A stretch of DNA of 64,000 bases from an uncultured Verrucomicrobiae bacterium (GTDB lineage: Bacteria; Verrucomicrobiota; Verrucomicrobiia; Chthoniobacterales; UBA10450), in assembly GCA_963735805.1 (NCBI GenBank), contig CAVTMK010000002.1, forward strand, positions 224,001 through 288,000, read 5' to 3'. The position numbers and the translations under genes are program-made. A model generated the notes under the pieces. The model saw nothing but the letters and a program-made list of their open reading frames with translations, ran no database searches and was not told the origin of the DNA. Of the stretch, positions 63,074 to 64,000 are shown piece by piece (the first letter of the stretch is position 1; each line of letters begins with the position of its first letter).

Positions 63074-63958
63074 ATGTTGCCGCTGACTTCGGTTGTTCTT
63101 ATCATCGTCTTTGCTGCGTTGGGTCTGATACGTCTGCTTCCTGTCATTAGAAAGCGTCGTCGGCAAGTCCGCTTCATCCGTGAAACTTTGGCAAATGCCG
63201 GCAAATCCAACCAACCGCGTGTTATCGTTTCACTTTCAACCGTACCCGATCGTATCGGCAATCTAGGGCCGACGATTCGCTCCCTTCTAAAACAAACACG
63301 CCCGCCGGATGAGATCGTCCTGGCCGTTCCGGAATTTTCGATTCGGGAACAGCGGCCTTATGTCGTGCCGAAATATATTTCCCGGTTGCCGCGCGTGCGT
63401 GTTTTGCGTTGCCGCGAGGATTGGGGACCGGCAACGAAGTTTATCGGTGCGATTCAGGACGAGCTGGCGGCGGGGCGGGCGAATACGTTGATCATGGTGG
63501 TAGACGACGACCGGCTTTATCCGCGCGATGCGCTGGAAACTTATCTTTTCTACAGCGAACAATTGCCGGAGGCGGCCCTTTGCTTCCGCGGCGCTGCCAT
63601 GCCGTCTACTTTAGATTGGGACGACGCCAAAATGATTTACGGGAAGGATCTTCGCGAGCCGCGCTCCGTGGCCGTGATCACCGGGTGCGGAAGTTACCTT
63701 GTGCGCCCGCGGTTCTTTGACCAATCGCTGTGGGATTATTCAAAAGCTCCGTCTGTGGCGTTTTACATTGATGACATTTGGATCAGCGCCTGCCTCACTC
63801 GCCGCGGCGTAAAAAGATATGTTGTTCCGGCGTCGGCTATGATGCGCAACGTGCGTCGGCAGCGAGAGACGGTATCATTAAACAAGATCCACGGCCGTCA
63901 GAAACTCAACAATGAAACGATCGCGTTTTTTAAAGATACCTGGGACATCTTCGCCTGA
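63074..63958 (+). CDS. Membrane-anchored GT-A fold glycosyltransferase
   Basis: N-terminal TM segment, VSLSTVPDRI, D.GPATK, VDDD, DDIWIS. Confidence 0.82.
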   Translation: MLPLTSVVLIIVFAALGLIRLLPVIRKRRRQVRFIRETLANAGKSNQPRVIVSLSTVPDRIGNLGPTIRSLLKQTRPPDEIVLAVPEFSIREQRPYVVPKYISRLPRVRVLRCREDWGPATKFIGAIQDELAAGRANTLIMVVDDDRLYPRDALETYLFYSEQLPEAALCFRGAAMPSTLDWDDAKMIYGKDLREPRSVAVITGCGSYLVRPRFFDQSLWDYSKAPSVAFYIDDIWISACLTRRGVKRYVVPASAMMRNVRRQRETVSLNKIHGRQKLNNETIAFFKDTWDIFA

Positions 63959-64000
63959 CCCTAGGCAAGCTGGTGTTTGGAACGTGTATGGTGTCTCCAC

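Overview
Bacterial chromosomal window with moderately high GC. Gene style suggests a soil Verrucomicrobiota (Chthoniobacterales-like) genome; this is inference only. Most of it is housekeeping or envelope genes: KirBac channel, htrA, a kinase-murQ fusion, ligA, an ECF sigma operon, ftsH, glgX, typA, yebC, rho, glnE, rsmD, waaA and tRNA-Glu. Two accessory regions stand out. (1) 20.8-25.9 kb is a decayed integron: a 29-aa intI stub, an attI-like site and at least four attC-bounded cassettes. Its first attC is interrupted by an intact IS110 element. The element's ~230-nt left end contains a readable bridge RNA whose guides match the attC target (TCGATGAAGC / CTAACGG) and the element's own donor junction (ACAGTTACT / CTTCT). 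(2) 53.6-64 kb is a sphingolipid cluster: DEGS-like desaturase, FA2H-like hydroxylase, Spt, bCerS, two CDP-alcohol phosphotransferases, an IPCT-like cytidylyltransferase, an SDR and a glycosyltransferase. Other notable items are an HtrA-fold pseudoprotease lacking all three catalytic residues in the ECF operon, an in-frame palindrome inside murQ, a 1-kb islet bounded by a tRNA-Glu 3'-end repeat, and several frameshifted genes. No CRISPR array or rRNA was seen. All calls come from motif recognition by eye; no database searches were run.
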